From NCBI GenBank assembly GCA_027039485.1, contig JALWDZ010000005.1, positions 1 to 54,146 of the forward strand: 54,146 nt of DNA, given 5' to 3'. The notes under the pieces were generated by a model that was not told the origin of the DNA, made no database searches, and saw only the letters and a program-made list of their open reading frames with translations. Below, piece by piece: positions 19,044 to 29,001 of the stretch; position 1 is the stretch's first letter; every line of letters begins with the position of its first letter. This DNA comes from Candidatus Shapirobacteria bacterium (lineage in GTDB: Bacteria; Patescibacteriota; Microgenomatia; UBA12405; UBA6130). The position numbers were made by a program, and so were the translations under genes.

Positions 19044-20660
19044 TCAAAAAAGCTTAAGTTTGGCCAAAAACTGCTCCCAGGCAGGGGCAAAAAAATCAAA
19101 AATGCGGCATTGCCAAGAAAGAAAAAGATAAACAGCGCTTCCGCCTAAAAAAGAAAAGGTGGTCAGCCAAAAAAGACCGAAAACATGTTGGCTGTCAAAA
19201 ACAAAGGCATCAAAGAAGTGCATCAAGCCCCAGGTCGCTAGTCCTGTCAAAAGGTTAATCAAAAAAAGCCAGCCAAAGAAAGTGCCATTAATTTGGATTT
19301 CCTCTTGCCAATGGTTCAGGCGGGCCACTAAAATAACAAAAAGGATTGTGAATTGGAGAAGGCTAGCCAGGGAAATGGCCAAGACAATAGCATAAATACC
19401 CCAGTGAAAATAATAAATGCCGGGAACGCTCACCAAAATATCAGCTACCAAAGCCCAAAAGGCAGCCCAGGAAGTTGTTTTGGTATCCTGCCAGGCGTAA
19501 AAAACCCGCACCAAAATTTGGATACCAGCCTGGGCTAGAATCGCCGGGGCTAAAAACGCCAAAAGGCGGCCAGTGGTCAAGGTAGCTGGCCAAGGAAATT
19601 GGCGGCTGCCGAAAAGCAAGCGGACCAGCTGGAGGCGGAGAACTAGCATCATTACCGTCACGAAAGAAGTCAGATAAAACACTAAATGAAAGGCTTTAAG
19701 AAACCGATCGCGAAAAGCTCGCCGCCGCTGGCGGGCCATTAAGGCCGAAAAGGAGGGCAGAACCGCTTGGCCCAAGGTAATCCCAAAAAGGCGGACCGGG
19801 ATCACGTAAAGATGTTGGGAAAGATAAAATAGAGACAGGCTGCCGGCAGGCAAAGCGCTCGCCAGAAAGATCGCCAAAGCATCGCCGATTTCATTCATCA
19901 CCAAAGCGACTGCCCGGGGGAGCATCAAGGTAAAAATTTTCTTTAATTCCGGACTCCAGAAAAAGCGCGGCCGGGATAAATAAAAACCGGTTTTGAAAAG
20001 AGCTGGCAGTTGGATTAGCCAGTGGCCGGCTGCACCAATAACCACTCCCAAAACCGGCGCTTCAATCCCTAGAGAAGGCGCCCAAAAAAGGATAGCCAAA
20101 ATAATGGCCAGGTTGTAAAAAATTGGCGCCAGAGCCGGAAAAAGAAACCGCCGCCGGGCCTGAAGAACGCCGGTGGTCAAACTGCTAAGCAAGAAAAATC
20201 CCTGACCAATAAGCATTAAGCGAAGCAAATGGGTCATTAAGGTTAATTGCCGCGGAGAAAAACCAGGGGCCAAAAGCCGCGCCAGCGGAAAAGCAAAAAC
20301 ATAAATTAGACCCCCCAAAATTAGAAAAAAGAGGCCCAAAATAAGAGCCAGATTTACCGTTAGGGCATAGGCCCGGCGGTGGTTACGCAGCCAGGTGGCA
20401 GTAAAAACGGGAATAAAAGCGGCCGCTAAAGAACCGCTTACCAGAAGGGTAAAAAGGAAATCGGGAATTTTAAAAGCAGCGTTATAAACATCCAATTGAG
20501 GAGCGCAACAAGCATAAAAAGTGGCGTAAAGCAAACGGTCCCGCCAAAGCCCCAGAAGCATAGAAACTGTAAAGGTGATTAGCAACAAAAGCGCTGCCGA
20601 GGTAACAGTTTTCTGCCGCCGCCAGAGGTGCCGAAAAGATAATTTAATTCTATAAGGCAT
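19044..20660 (-). CDS. murJ: Lipid II flippase MurJ
   Basis: LG..RDRL, AAFKIPD, AAFIPVF, FYAWQDTKT; about 14 TM helices. Confidence 0.9.
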   Translation of the reverse strand: MPYRIKLSFRHLWRRQKTVTSAALLLLITFTVSMLLGLWRDRLLYATFYACCAPQLDVYNAAFKIPDFLFTLLVSGSLAAAFIPVFTATWLRNHRRAYALTVNLALILGLFFLILGGLIYVFAFPLARLLAPGFSPRQLTLMTHLLRLMLIGQGFFLLSSLTTGVLQARRRFLFPALAPIFYNLAIILAILFWAPSLGIEAPVLGVVIGAAGHWLIQLPALFKTGFYLSRPRFFWSPELKKIFTLMLPRAVALVMNEIGDALAIFLASALPAGSLSLFYLSQHLYVIPVRLFGITLGQAVLPSFSALMARQRRRAFRDRFLKAFHLVFYLTSFVTVMMLVLRLQLVRLLFGSRQFPWPATLTTGRLLAFLAPAILAQAGIQILVRVFYAWQDTKTTSWAAFWALVADILVSVPGIYYFHWGIYAIVLAISLASLLQFTILFVILVARLNHWQEEIQINGTFFGWLFLINLLTGLATWGLMHFFDAFVFDSQHVFGLFWLTTFSFLGGSAVYLFLSWQCRIFDFFAPAWEQFLAKLKLF

Positions 20661-20718
20661 TGCCTCTTTAGGATAGCATGCCCTTGCTAAGAGGACAACG
20701 AGTTGCTAAAATAACACC

Positions 20719-21012
20719 ATGCCAATCACTAAATCGGCAAAAAAAGCCTTGCGCCAGTCACAGAAACGCCATCTTGTTAATTTGCGGCTTAAGCGACGGC
20801 TTAAGGCAGCCTTGAAAGAAGTTAGCCACCAAGCTAACGGCAAGACAATAGCTGCTGCCTACAAGGTCATTGATTTAGCAAAAAAACACCACCTTATCCA
20901 CCCCAACAAAGCCCGGCGCTTAAAAAGCAAAGTGGGCCGGCAACTAAAACCAACAACCCCCAAAACAAAAGCAAAAGCTAAAACAAATAAAAAGCCAGTT
21001 GCGAAAAAATAA
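20719..21012 (+). CDS. rpsT: 30S ribosomal protein S20
   Basis: MPITKSAKKALRQS...IHPNKARRLKS. Confidence 0.95.
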   Translation: MPITKSAKKALRQSQKRHLVNLRLKRRLKAALKEVSHQANGKTIAAAYKVIDLAKKHHLIHPNKARRLKSKVGRQLKPTTPKTKAKAKTNKKPVAKK

Positions 21013-21033
21013 AGAGCATCTTATCATTAGTCA

Positions 21034-22476
21034 GTGATGAAAAAGCACTGGCCATTGTGGGCGACTCTCTTTTTGTTAACCATTTTTCTTCTTCCTGGCC
21101 TCTTTGCTCCCCTCCAGTATGGCGATGAGTGCATCTATCTCACCATTGGCAACGCTCTTCGCCACGGTGCTGTCCTTTACCGCGATATCCACGATAACAA
21201 GCCGCCGTTTATTTATCTTTTGGCTGCGGCCAGTCTTGGTCATCTCTGGCTTTTCCGCCTCTTTAGCCTTCTTGCGGTTCTGGGACAATTTTCCCTCATT
21301 TACTTTTTTCTCAAAAAAATCATCGCCCCGCGGCAAATTTTTTCCATTCTTCTCTTAGGCATCCCTTTAGCCCTTATTTTTGAAGGCCGGGTAGCTAATG
21401 GGGAAATTTTTATGATGCTTCCCATTCTCTTGGCCGCCTTTTTCCTTTGGCAAAAGAGGCAGACTCTTACCTTCAACCAAGCATTTTTAGCCGGGCTCAT
21501 TTTTAGCCTGGGCATTCTTTTCAAGGCTCCGGCCGGTCTTGATGTTGTCGGCATTACTCTGGCCTTCTTTTGGCTCTTACCCAAACCCCAACGGCGGCTC
21601 CTTTGGCCATTAGCTTTTGGCGTGGCCACGCCAATTTTGCTTTCCCTCCTCTACTTTGCTCTGCGAGGCGGTTTTACCCCCTATCTCCGTTCTGCCCTCT
21701 TGCAAAATATTGGCTATCTTTCCAGTTGGTCGGGCCACAGTTACCGGAGACTTTTTGGCCGCACTTTACTTCTCCTAATGCTCTGGGGCGTTCTTTATTG
21801 GCAACGGCGCCAATTCCAGCCCTTTTGCCTTCTCGGAGCCAGCTGGTTCCTTTGGGCCCTTTTCGGCGCCCTCCTTTCCGGCCGCCCCTATCCTCATTAT
21901 TTCTGGGAAACTTTGCCTTCCCTTCTCCTTCTTGCTGCCTGCCCTTTTCTCCGGCGAAAAGAAATAGCCTTGCCAAGTTTAGCCAGCCTCCTCCTCGTCC
22001 TTAGCTGGTTTTCTTTCCACTTTTGGTGGTACCCTCAGCTAGCTTATTACCGCAATTTTATTGCCTATCTTAGCGGCCAGAAAAGCCTCCGGCAATACCG
22101 CCAATTTTGGGGCCAACGCTGCCTGGCCAACTATCGCCTGGCCAATTTCATCCGCCAAACTGTTCCCGATAATCAACCCATTTTTATTTGGGGCGACGCT
22201 GCCTGTGTTTATGCCCTCAGCCACCATCCGCCAGTCGGCCGCTACACAGTTAATTATCATATCTACGACTACAACGGCTTTGCCGCCACCCTGCAAGCCC
22301 TCCGCCAACGACAACCGGCAATTATTATCAAAATGGCCGGCGAAAAGCGGTCTTGGCCAGCCCTAGACCAATTTTTAGAGCAACACTATTACCTCATCCA
22401 CCAAAATTTTGTCCCCGACAGTATCTACCGCCGCTTTCCCGACCGCTGGCACAATCTCGGTATGTCTTTCCGTTAG
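21034..22476 (+). CDS. GT-C/ArnT-like membrane glycosyltransferase
   Basis: GDECIY, LYRDIHDNKPP, ANGEIF, RPYPHY; polytopic. Confidence 0.7.
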   Translation: MMKKHWPLWATLFLLTIFLLPGLFAPLQYGDECIYLTIGNALRHGAVLYRDIHDNKPPFIYLLAAASLGHLWLFRLFSLLAVLGQFSLIYFFLKKIIAPRQIFSILLLGIPLALIFEGRVANGEIFMMLPILLAAFFLWQKRQTLTFNQAFLAGLIFSLGILFKAPAGLDVVGITLAFFWLLPKPQRRLLWPLAFGVATPILLSLLYFALRGGFTPYLRSALLQNIGYLSSWSGHSYRRLFGRTLLLLMLWGVLYWQRRQFQPFCLLGASWFLWALFGALLSGRPYPHYFWETLPSLLLLAACPFLRRKEIALPSLASLLLVLSWFSFHFWWYPQLAYYRNFIAYLSGQKSLRQYRQFWGQRCLANYRLANFIRQTVPDNQPIFIWGDAACVYALSHHPPVGRYTVNYHIYDYNGFAATLQALRQRQPAIIIKMAGEKRSWPALDQFLEQHYYLIHQNFVPDSIYRRFPDRWHNLGMSFR

Positions 22477-22489
22477 GTACTAAGTGCCA

Positions 22490-23036
22490 ACCAAATCCCA
22501 AATTACAAACCTGCCTGCGCAAAGACATCCCAAGCACCAAATCACAAGCAAATCCTAAATCCTAATGACCCAAATCCTAAACAAATCCAAAATTCAAATG
22601 ATCAAATGACAAAAACTCAAGACGCTCCCTCTTGTCATCCCGCCCTTTCATAAGAAAGGGCGGGATCTAGTGAGCGGAGCGAGCGCATGAAAGTTTAAGT
22701 TATAAAATTGCGCTTCGCTAGATTTTTACCCCGACTCTGCCAGCTGGTGGAACGTCCTGGGGCTTCGCTTCGCTCAGAATGACGCGGTTTAAAAATGTTT
22801 TGAGCATTTGGATTTTGAACATTTGAACATTGTTTAGGATTTAGGATTTTGGTAATTAGGATTTGTTTGCCACTTGGAATTTGTGATTTTGTGCTTTTTG
22901 ACCTAGCTCCTCCAACCTAGTTCCTAGTTCCATTCTTTAACTTTCCACTTTAACTTCTTTTTCACCTTACACTTTTCATTTTTCATTTTTCCCGAGGTGT
23001 AGGTAGGTTTCCACCGCCCAGGTGGAAAATTCGGGA
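22490..23036. repeat. Composite intergenic repeat island B (long nested imperfect inverted repeat)
   Basis: Left arm ~22530-22616 is roughly complementary to right arm ~22797-22896. The core holds hairpin atcccgccctttc-ataa-gaaagggcgggat (22637-22666), gagcggagcgagcg and ccccgac...gggg. CCTAG heptamers, a pyrimidine tract and hairpin 22990-23036 follow. Confidence 0.9.
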
Positions 23037-23109
23037 TGTCCAGTATGTCTGGGCCACTGCACCGCTTTTGATTGCCGCTGGAAGCTGAAAATTGTAAAAT
23101 AAGAAACCG

Positions 23110-24612
23110 ATGAAAAAACTGGGCGTTTCCCGACAACGCTTGCTAGAAATCTTTCCTGGCTTCCTTTCCTGGAGCATCATCCTTTTCCCTTTTTGGGGCG
23201 CTTTCTTTGTCCCCCGCCTGGTGGCCTATTTTACCGTGGCCTTCTTGGTTTTTTGGTTTTACCAGTCATTCAAAAACCTATTTTTGGGCATTCGCGGCTA
23301 CCGCAATATCCAAAAGGCAGCTAAAATTTCCTGGCGCCAACTTTATCAAAAAGAAAAAAAGCCTTCCTGGCTGCCCTGGCACAAAATTTACCATGTGGTT
23401 ATCATCCCCAACTATAACGAGCCGGCAGCAAAGTTAGCCGCCACTTCTCTCAAATCGCTTAGCCAACAAGAAGAAATTGATAAAAAGCAGCTTATTGTTG
23501 TTCTTGCCATGGAAGCCCGGGCCAAAAATGCCCAGAGCAAGGCCCGCCAGCTAAAGAAACAGTTTGCCGGCCAATTTGGCCACTTGCTAGTCACATTTCA
23601 CCCCGGCAACCTCCCCGGCGAAATTAAAGGAAAGGCAGCCAACGAAGCCTGGGCTGCCAGAAAGGTAAAACAATTTTTAGTGGACCAAAAGGGCTATTCT
23701 TTAGACTACCTTACCGTAACCAGCTGCGATGCTGACGCCCAATTTCACCCCCGTTACTTTGCTGCCCTAACCTATTTCTTCGCTCGCGATCCCCGGCGCT
23801 ACCAGCGCTTCTGGCAGAGCCCTATTTTCTGGTACAACAACCTCGACCGGGTTCCCGTTCCCATCCGCATTATCGGCATTATCGGCAACATCAACCATGT
23901 CAGCCATATTCAAGATCCCGACCATTTGCATTTCAACTACTCCACCTATTCCCTTTCTTTCCGGCTGCTTAATCAAGTTGGCTATTGGGACCGCGATATT
24001 ATTCCCGAAGATTGGCATCTTTTCCTCCAGGCCTTTTTTGCCACTAAAGGTCAAGCTAGCATTCAACCCATCTTTTTACCCACCAGCATTGACGCTCCCG
24101 AGGGAGAGAGTTTTTGGGATGCCTTGAAAAACCGTTACTTCCAATGCCAGCGCCACGCCTGGGGGGTTACTGATATTCCTTATGCCATCACCCAAGCCAA
24201 GAATCATCCCGAGATTCCCCTCAGCCTCCGCCTAGCCCGGATCTACAAAATGCTCGAAACCCACCTCCTCTGGTCAACCAACTGGTTCATTCTCACCCTC
24301 AACGCCTGGCTGGTAACCCTTCTCAACCCCCGCTTTTTCCAAACTACCCTTGGCTATAATCTCCCCAAATTCTCTGGCGCCATTCTTACCGTCTGCCTTT
24401 TAGCCCTTTTAGGAGTTATCATTTTAGACTTTCGCCTCCGCCCGGCTAATATCAAAGCCCGCAATCTTGGCGATTACCTGAAAGAGTTCCTCCAGTGGCT
24501 TATCTTGCCCCTGGCTTCTCTCTTCATGGCCGTCCTTCCCGGCCTCGATGCCCAAACCCACCTCATGCTCGGACGGCGGTTAGAATACCGGACTACCAAA
24601 AAACTGGCATGA
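23110..24612 (+). CDS. Glycosyltransferase family 2, membrane-bound
   Basis: IIPNYNE, GKAANE, CDAD, IPEDW, QCQRHAWG (QxxRW-like). Confidence 0.85.
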   Translation: MKKLGVSRQRLLEIFPGFLSWSIILFPFWGAFFVPRLVAYFTVAFLVFWFYQSFKNLFLGIRGYRNIQKAAKISWRQLYQKEKKPSWLPWHKIYHVVIIPNYNEPAAKLAATSLKSLSQQEEIDKKQLIVVLAMEARAKNAQSKARQLKKQFAGQFGHLLVTFHPGNLPGEIKGKAANEAWAARKVKQFLVDQKGYSLDYLTVTSCDADAQFHPRYFAALTYFFARDPRRYQRFWQSPIFWYNNLDRVPVPIRIIGIIGNINHVSHIQDPDHLHFNYSTYSLSFRLLNQVGYWDRDIIPEDWHLFLQAFFATKGQASIQPIFLPTSIDAPEGESFWDALKNRYFQCQRHAWGVTDIPYAITQAKNHPEIPLSLRLARIYKMLETHLLWSTNWFILTLNAWLVTLLNPRFFQTTLGYNLPKFSGAILTVCLLALLGVIILDFRLRPANIKARNLGDYLKEFLQWLILPLASLFMAVLPGLDAQTHLMLGRRLEYRTTKKLA

Positions 24613-24983
24613 AAAAATACTTTTTGGGAGCTCTAGGGCGCATCGGTTTGCTCTGGCAACAGCCAACTATCGCCCCTCTCGTTTACCTAAACTTTCTCCT
24701 CATCGGCAGCCAATTCATCCTCATTCTAGTCTTAGGCCGCCTCCTTCCGCCACTGATCCCTCTTTTCTATAGCCGCCCCTGGGGCCAGCTCCAATTAACC
24801 TCGCCGAATTTCTTGTTTCTTCTGCCAGCACTTTCCCTAGCCGTCCTCTTCCTCAATAGCCTTTTGACAACTATTTTTCTCAAGGAAACAATCTTTGCCC
24901 AACTTTACACTTGGACTAGCAATCTCTTTGCTTTCCTCCTCCTTTTAGCTTTAAGCCGCTTATTTTTTACTTTTCTCTTTTAA
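24609..24983 (+). CDS. Small membrane protein (DUF1648-like)
   Basis: ATGA overlap with GT2, LPPLIPLFYSRPWG motif, 3 TM helices. Confidence 0.6.
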   Translation: MKKYFLGALGRIGLLWQQPTIAPLVYLNFLLIGSQFILILVLGRLLPPLIPLFYSRPWGQLQLTSPNFLFLLPALSLAVLFLNSLLTTIFLKETIFAQLYTWTSNLFAFLLLLALSRLFFTFLF

Positions 24984-26029
24984 TGGGCAACATTATTCAC
25001 ATTTTTAGCTACCCCTTCTTAACCGCCTTTGCTTTCACCGCTATAACCACGCCAGCCGTGATTCGTTTTTTTCGCCGCCACCGTTGGCTTGACGACCCCC
25101 GCCAAAAGCGAGTCAACGTTACCCACCTCTATCCTGTCCCCCGCGGCGGCGGCTTGCCGATTGCCATCGGCCTTCTTGCCGCCATCCTCCTTTTCCTTCC
25201 CCTGGATACCAAAGTGTTGGCCGTTCTTTTAGCCATTACCATCAATCTAGTCGTTGGCCTCCTTGATGATATCCACAACCTCAACCCCTACCTCCGGCTG
25301 ACAACTAACACCCTCGCCGCTCTTTGCCTCGTTCTGGCCGGCATCAAAATCGCCTTTGTTACCCACCCTTTCTTGGCTCACCAGGTGCTTTTCCTAAGCC
25401 AAAAATGGTTCTTTATTTCCCTCGGCGATTTGCTAACCATCGTTTGGTTCGTTTGGATGACCAATGTTGTCGGCTGGGCCGGAGGCATCGAAGGGCAATT
25501 ACCCGGCCTGGTAAGCATTGCTGCGGTTATTATCGGCATCCTGGGCATCCGTTTCAGCCAAGACTTAACCCAATGGCCCCTTATCAGTTTGGCCGGGGCG
25601 GTAGCCGGAGCCTATCTTGGTTTTCTCCCCTACAATTTTTATCCCCAGCAAATTATGCCCGGTTATTCTGGCAAAAGCATTGCCGGGCTGCTTTTGGGCA
25701 TTTTAGCCGTGCTTTCTGGCGCCAAGCTGGCAACCGCCATCCTTGTCTTAGGCATTCCCATGGCCGACGGCATTCTGGCCATTAGCCGCCGTCTTTGGCG
25801 GGGCCAATCGCCAGTCTGGGGTGACGCCGAATACCTCCACCACCTTCTTTTCCGCCTCGGCTGGCCCCGGACTAAAATTGCCATCCTTTACTGGCTCTTT
25901 TCCCTCATTTTGGGCATTCTTGTTCTCAATTTAAACAGCCGCCAGAAAATTTATGCTTTCCTTTTGGTTTTTATCGTCTTGGTGGCTTTTTCCCTTTTCC
26001 TCAAACGCCTCTTAGCCCAGCGCCATTAG
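24983..26029 (+). CDS. MraY/WecA-family polyprenyl-phosphate sugar-1-phosphate transferase
   Basis: PVPRGGG, GLLDD, FLPYNFYP, GDAEYLHHLL. Confidence 0.85.
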   Translation: MGNIIHIFSYPFLTAFAFTAITTPAVIRFFRRHRWLDDPRQKRVNVTHLYPVPRGGGLPIAIGLLAAILLFLPLDTKVLAVLLAITINLVVGLLDDIHNLNPYLRLTTNTLAALCLVLAGIKIAFVTHPFLAHQVLFLSQKWFFISLGDLLTIVWFVWMTNVVGWAGGIEGQLPGLVSIAAVIIGILGIRFSQDLTQWPLISLAGAVAGAYLGFLPYNFYPQQIMPGYSGKSIAGLLLGILAVLSGAKLATAILVLGIPMADGILAISRRLWRGQSPVWGDAEYLHHLLFRLGWPRTKIAILYWLFSLILGILVLNLNSRQKIYAFLLVFIVLVAFSLFLKRLLAQRH

Positions 26030-26820
26030 TCCACTTTGGTGGCATAACGGCCAGAAACCCAACCCGTTTTCCCTGGCTGGTATTCGATTTCCAGCCAGCC
26101 ATTCTTTTCGTCGCGATAGGGATATTTCTTGCCGGGAGTAACTTTAGCCACTTCGGGGCTGGCTCGGGTTGGCTTTTCCCGCACCCGCAGCCATCCGGTC
26201 GGCGTTTCTTTAATTTTTACCTCCGGCCCGGCTTCTGGCGCCGGCGTCGGGGTAGCACTGGCCGTTTTAGCTGGCCCAAAATCAACTTCAGCCACCAACC
26301 GATAGCCAGCCACCGCTTGCAATTCCAATTCCTGATTAGGCCGCTGGGGAAGAGAAAAAACAAAATGGTGTCCGCCGCTGCCAATATCTTTAAGCGAAAG
26401 GGGGGTAAAGCCTTTCATTTCCCCGTCAATAGTAACGCTGGCCTTAGGCGGCAAAGAGGTCAAAAAACAGCCCGCCTTATCTTTTTCCCGAGTTGGCAAG
26501 AGGTAGACCACCCGCCCTTGGCTTAGGGGATCGCGGAATTCCCGGTGAACCAATACCCGGGTGTCGGCCGGAATTGAAAGCGTCCGCTCCCAGGTCCACT
26601 GCTTATTGTCAACCACCAATTTAATTTGCCAATTGCCCGGCCGAAGATGGTTATTTTGATAAGGCGTTTTACCTACCGCCCGGCCATTAAGATACACTGT
26701 TGCCGCTGGGCTGGATTCTACTGCCAGGCCAGCCCGCTGGGGACTAAGCAAGTGCCAAAGAAGAAAAATCGTCCCGGCCACAAAAATAACCACCGCCAAA
26801 ACAAAAATCGCCCGTTTCAT
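26026..26820 (-). CDS. PEGA-domain and SH3b-domain surface protein
   Basis: Two S.P..A.V..(N/D)G...G.TP repeats; LRVREKP...WLEI...GWVSGRY. Confidence 0.8.
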   Translation of the reverse strand: MKRAIFVLAVVIFVAGTIFLLWHLLSPQRAGLAVESSPAATVYLNGRAVGKTPYQNNHLRPGNWQIKLVVDNKQWTWERTLSIPADTRVLVHREFRDPLSQGRVVYLLPTREKDKAGCFLTSLPPKASVTIDGEMKGFTPLSLKDIGSGGHHFVFSLPQRPNQELELQAVAGYRLVAEVDFGPAKTASATPTPAPEAGPEVKIKETPTGWLRVREKPTRASPEVAKVTPGKKYPYRDEKNGWLEIEYQPGKTGWVSGRYATKVD

Positions 26821-26902
26821 AATTTGAGATTAGCAAAAAATTATCCGCCTGTCTATGGCTCCCAAAAATCTGTTACAATTAAATAGAAAGGGGGTGATAA
26901 TA

Positions 26903-27235
26903 ATGGATAATTTAGATGAAAAGACAAAAGGCGCTTTAGCCTATCTCTTAGGCTTTTTAAGCGGCATTTTCTTTATTTTAACCGAGAAAAAATCTAGTTT
27001 CGTCCGCTTCCACGCCTGGCAGTCAACCATTGTTTTCGGCCTCTTTTTTGTTGCCGATATTATCTTAGGATTCTTACCTATCTTTGGGTTTTTCTTGGTC
27101 AACATCTTAGGCTTAACCGCTTTTGTTCTCTGGCTTTTCTTAATGTGGAAAGCCTACCAAGGAGAGCAATACCATCTGCCTTATGTAGGCGCCTGGGCCG
27201 ACCAACAGCTCGCCAAGGAGAAAAAGAATGCCTAA
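26903..27235 (+). CDS. DUF4870-like membrane protein
   Basis: GALAYLLG..SG, FVRFHAWQS, KAYQGE.Y.LP; strong SD gggggtga. Confidence 0.75.
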   Translation: MDNLDEKTKGALAYLLGFLSGIFFILTEKKSSFVRFHAWQSTIVFGLFFVADIILGFLPIFGFFLVNILGLTAFVLWLFLMWKAYQGEQYHLPYVGAWADQQLAKEKKNA

Positions 27236-28478
27236 AATTATCAAAGTAACTGGCCAGTGGCTCCTCAATTCGCGGGGCGTGCCGACGGTAATGGCCACCG
27301 TTTACCTCAGCAGCGGCCATCAGGGGAGCGCCAGCGTCCCCCGGGGGGCTTCGCGGGGGAAACACGAAGCCGTAGATTTACGCGACGATGACCCGCGGCG
27401 CTGGCAAGGGCAAGGGGTCCGCAAAGCCCGGCAAAACATCGAAAAGATAGAGGCTATCCTCCAAGGGCGGCAGCTACAACCGGAAAAGCTGGATGAGCTG
27501 CTAATTGCCAGCGACGGCACCACCGACAAAAGCCATTTTGGCGCCAATGCCATTTTGGCTGTTTCCTTGGCAATGGCCCGGGCGGCCGCGGCGGCGGCGC
27601 AGCTTCCCCTTTACCGCTGGCTCAATAAGACTTATTTCCCAGAAATAAAACTGGCCAAATTGCCTACCCCTCTCTTAAATTTTCTCAACGGCGGCCAACA
27701 CGCCTTCCCCGGTCCCGATTTTCAAGAATTTATGGTTGTCCCCCGCCGCCAAACTAGCTTCCAAGAAAAATTAATGATGGCTAACGCTGTTTATTTCCAG
27801 CTTAAGGAAAAGCTACGCCGCCGCCGCTGGCCGACCACCGTTGGTGACGAAGGCGGCTTTGCCCCACCGCTGAGCCATAACGAGGAGGCTATCGAGCTTC
27901 TCCTAGCTGCCATTGAAGCGGCCGGATACCAACCGGGTCAAGATTTTGTTCTCGCCATTGATGCTGCCGCCAGCCAACTTTATCGGGCCGGCCGTTATTG
28001 GCTCCGCCGCGAAGGGCGCCAACTTCCGGCAGAAAAATTGCACCAACTCTATCAAAAATGGGCTGAAAAATACCCACTGGCCATTCTTGAAGACGGCTTT
28101 GACGAAGAGGCTTGGGGGGATTTCCGCAAATTAACCCACCAATTGGGCCAGAAAATAAAAATTGTTGGTGACGATCTTTACACCACCAATATCCAGCGGT
28201 TAGAAAAGGGGCTCCAGCTGCAAGCAACCAACGCCGTCTTAGTTAAGCCCAATCAGATTGGCACCTTAAAAGAAACGGTCGCCTTCATAAAATTAGCCCG
28301 GCAAAACCGGCAAACGATTATTATTTCCCACCGCTCCGGGGAAACTTGCGACAGTTTTATTGCCGACCTAGCCGTCGCCGCCCAGGCCGAATATATTAAG
28401 GCTGGCGCCCTGGCTCGAAGCGAACGGCTGGCAAAATATAACCGCCTCCTGGCCATCGAGCGCCAGTTGGCGGTTTAA
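27228..28478 (+). CDS. eno: Enolase
   Basis: SRGVPTV, NGGQHA, FQEFM, GDEGGFAP, VGDDL, KPNQIG, SHRSGET, ERLAKYNRLL. Confidence 0.95.
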   Translation: MPKIIKVTGQWLLNSRGVPTVMATVYLSSGHQGSASVPRGASRGKHEAVDLRDDDPRRWQGQGVRKARQNIEKIEAILQGRQLQPEKLDELLIASDGTTDKSHFGANAILAVSLAMARAAAAAAQLPLYRWLNKTYFPEIKLAKLPTPLLNFLNGGQHAFPGPDFQEFMVVPRRQTSFQEKLMMANAVYFQLKEKLRRRRWPTTVGDEGGFAPPLSHNEEAIELLLAAIEAAGYQPGQDFVLAIDAAASQLYRAGRYWLRREGRQLPAEKLHQLYQKWAEKYPLAILEDGFDEEAWGDFRKLTHQLGQKIKIVGDDLYTTNIQRLEKGLQLQATNAVLVKPNQIGTLKETVAFIKLARQNRQTIIISHRSGETCDSFIADLAVAAQAEYIKAGALARSERLAKYNRLLAIERQLAV

Positions 28479-28494
28479 AAGCTGCCCTTCCTTT

Positions 28495-28920
28495 TTAGCC
28501 TTGGCGAGCCTTTACGGCGATCTTCTTTGGCTTTGCCTCCTCAGCTTTGGGCAAAGTTATCGTCAAGACGCCATTCTTAAGCTCCGCCTTGGCCTTATCC
28601 GGCTTAATGGGACAGGGAATGGTGGTGGTGTAAATATAGCGCGCCTGCCGGGCTTGGCGATAAACAATCTTCTTTTTCTCTTTCTTTTCTTCGGTTTCTT
28701 TATGCTCGGCCTTAATGGTTAGGGTTCGGCCCTCAAGGCTAATGTCAATTTCTTTTTCCTCAACGCCCGGCACATTGGCTTGCACCACCAAACTATCATC
28801 AGTCTCATAAACCGTTAGCCCTTCGCCAGCCTCAGCCCATTCCTCATCTTCTTCCAAGGGCCAAGGCAAACGGCTCCAGGCTCGGGCCAGACTAAACGGA
28901 TCCCATTTAACTACTGCCAT
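28495..28920 (-). CDS. Hsp20/alpha-crystallin small heat-shock protein
   Basis: WDPF N-terminus, VPGV, AELKNGVLTITLPK, IAV tail; SD aggaggtgag. Confidence 0.9.
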   Translation of the reverse strand: MAVVKWDPFSLARAWSRLPWPLEEDEEWAEAGEGLTVYETDDSLVVQANVPGVEEKEIDISLEGRTLTIKAEHKETEEKKEKKKIVYRQARQARYIYTTTIPCPIKPDKAKAELKNGVLTITLPKAEEAKPKKIAVKARQG

Positions 28921-28939
28921 CTTTCTCACCTCCTTTCTT

Positions 28940-28966
28940 TTAGCACTCCAATAACTTATCTGCTAA
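28940..28966. promoter_or_regulatory. CIRCE-like operator upstream of hsp20
   Basis: TTAGCACTC-N9-ATCTGCTAA versus consensus TTAGCACTC-N9-GAGTGCTAA (15/18). Confidence 0.8.
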
Positions 28967-28970
28967 TTCC

Positions 28971-28998
28971 ATTATATTAATCAGAAAAAATTTGTCAA
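28971..28998 (-). promoter_or_regulatory. Sigma70-type promoter of hsp20
   Basis: TTGACA-16 bp-TATAAT on the minus strand, directly upstream of the CIRCE. Confidence 0.8.
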
Positions 28999-29001
28999 GC
29001 C

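Noticed and set aside
22990-23090. Possible SRP or other small RNA
   Set aside because: No SRP helix-8 or other recognisable motif was found; the hairpin shares sequence with the repeat at 32581-32624.
22353-23180. Short ORFs overlapping island B
   Set aside because: They are low-complexity translations of repeat DNA with no supporting initiation signals.
27228-28478. Enolase as an inactive variant (VPRGASRG instead of VPSGASTG)
   Set aside because: The catalytic and metal-binding motifs are all retained.
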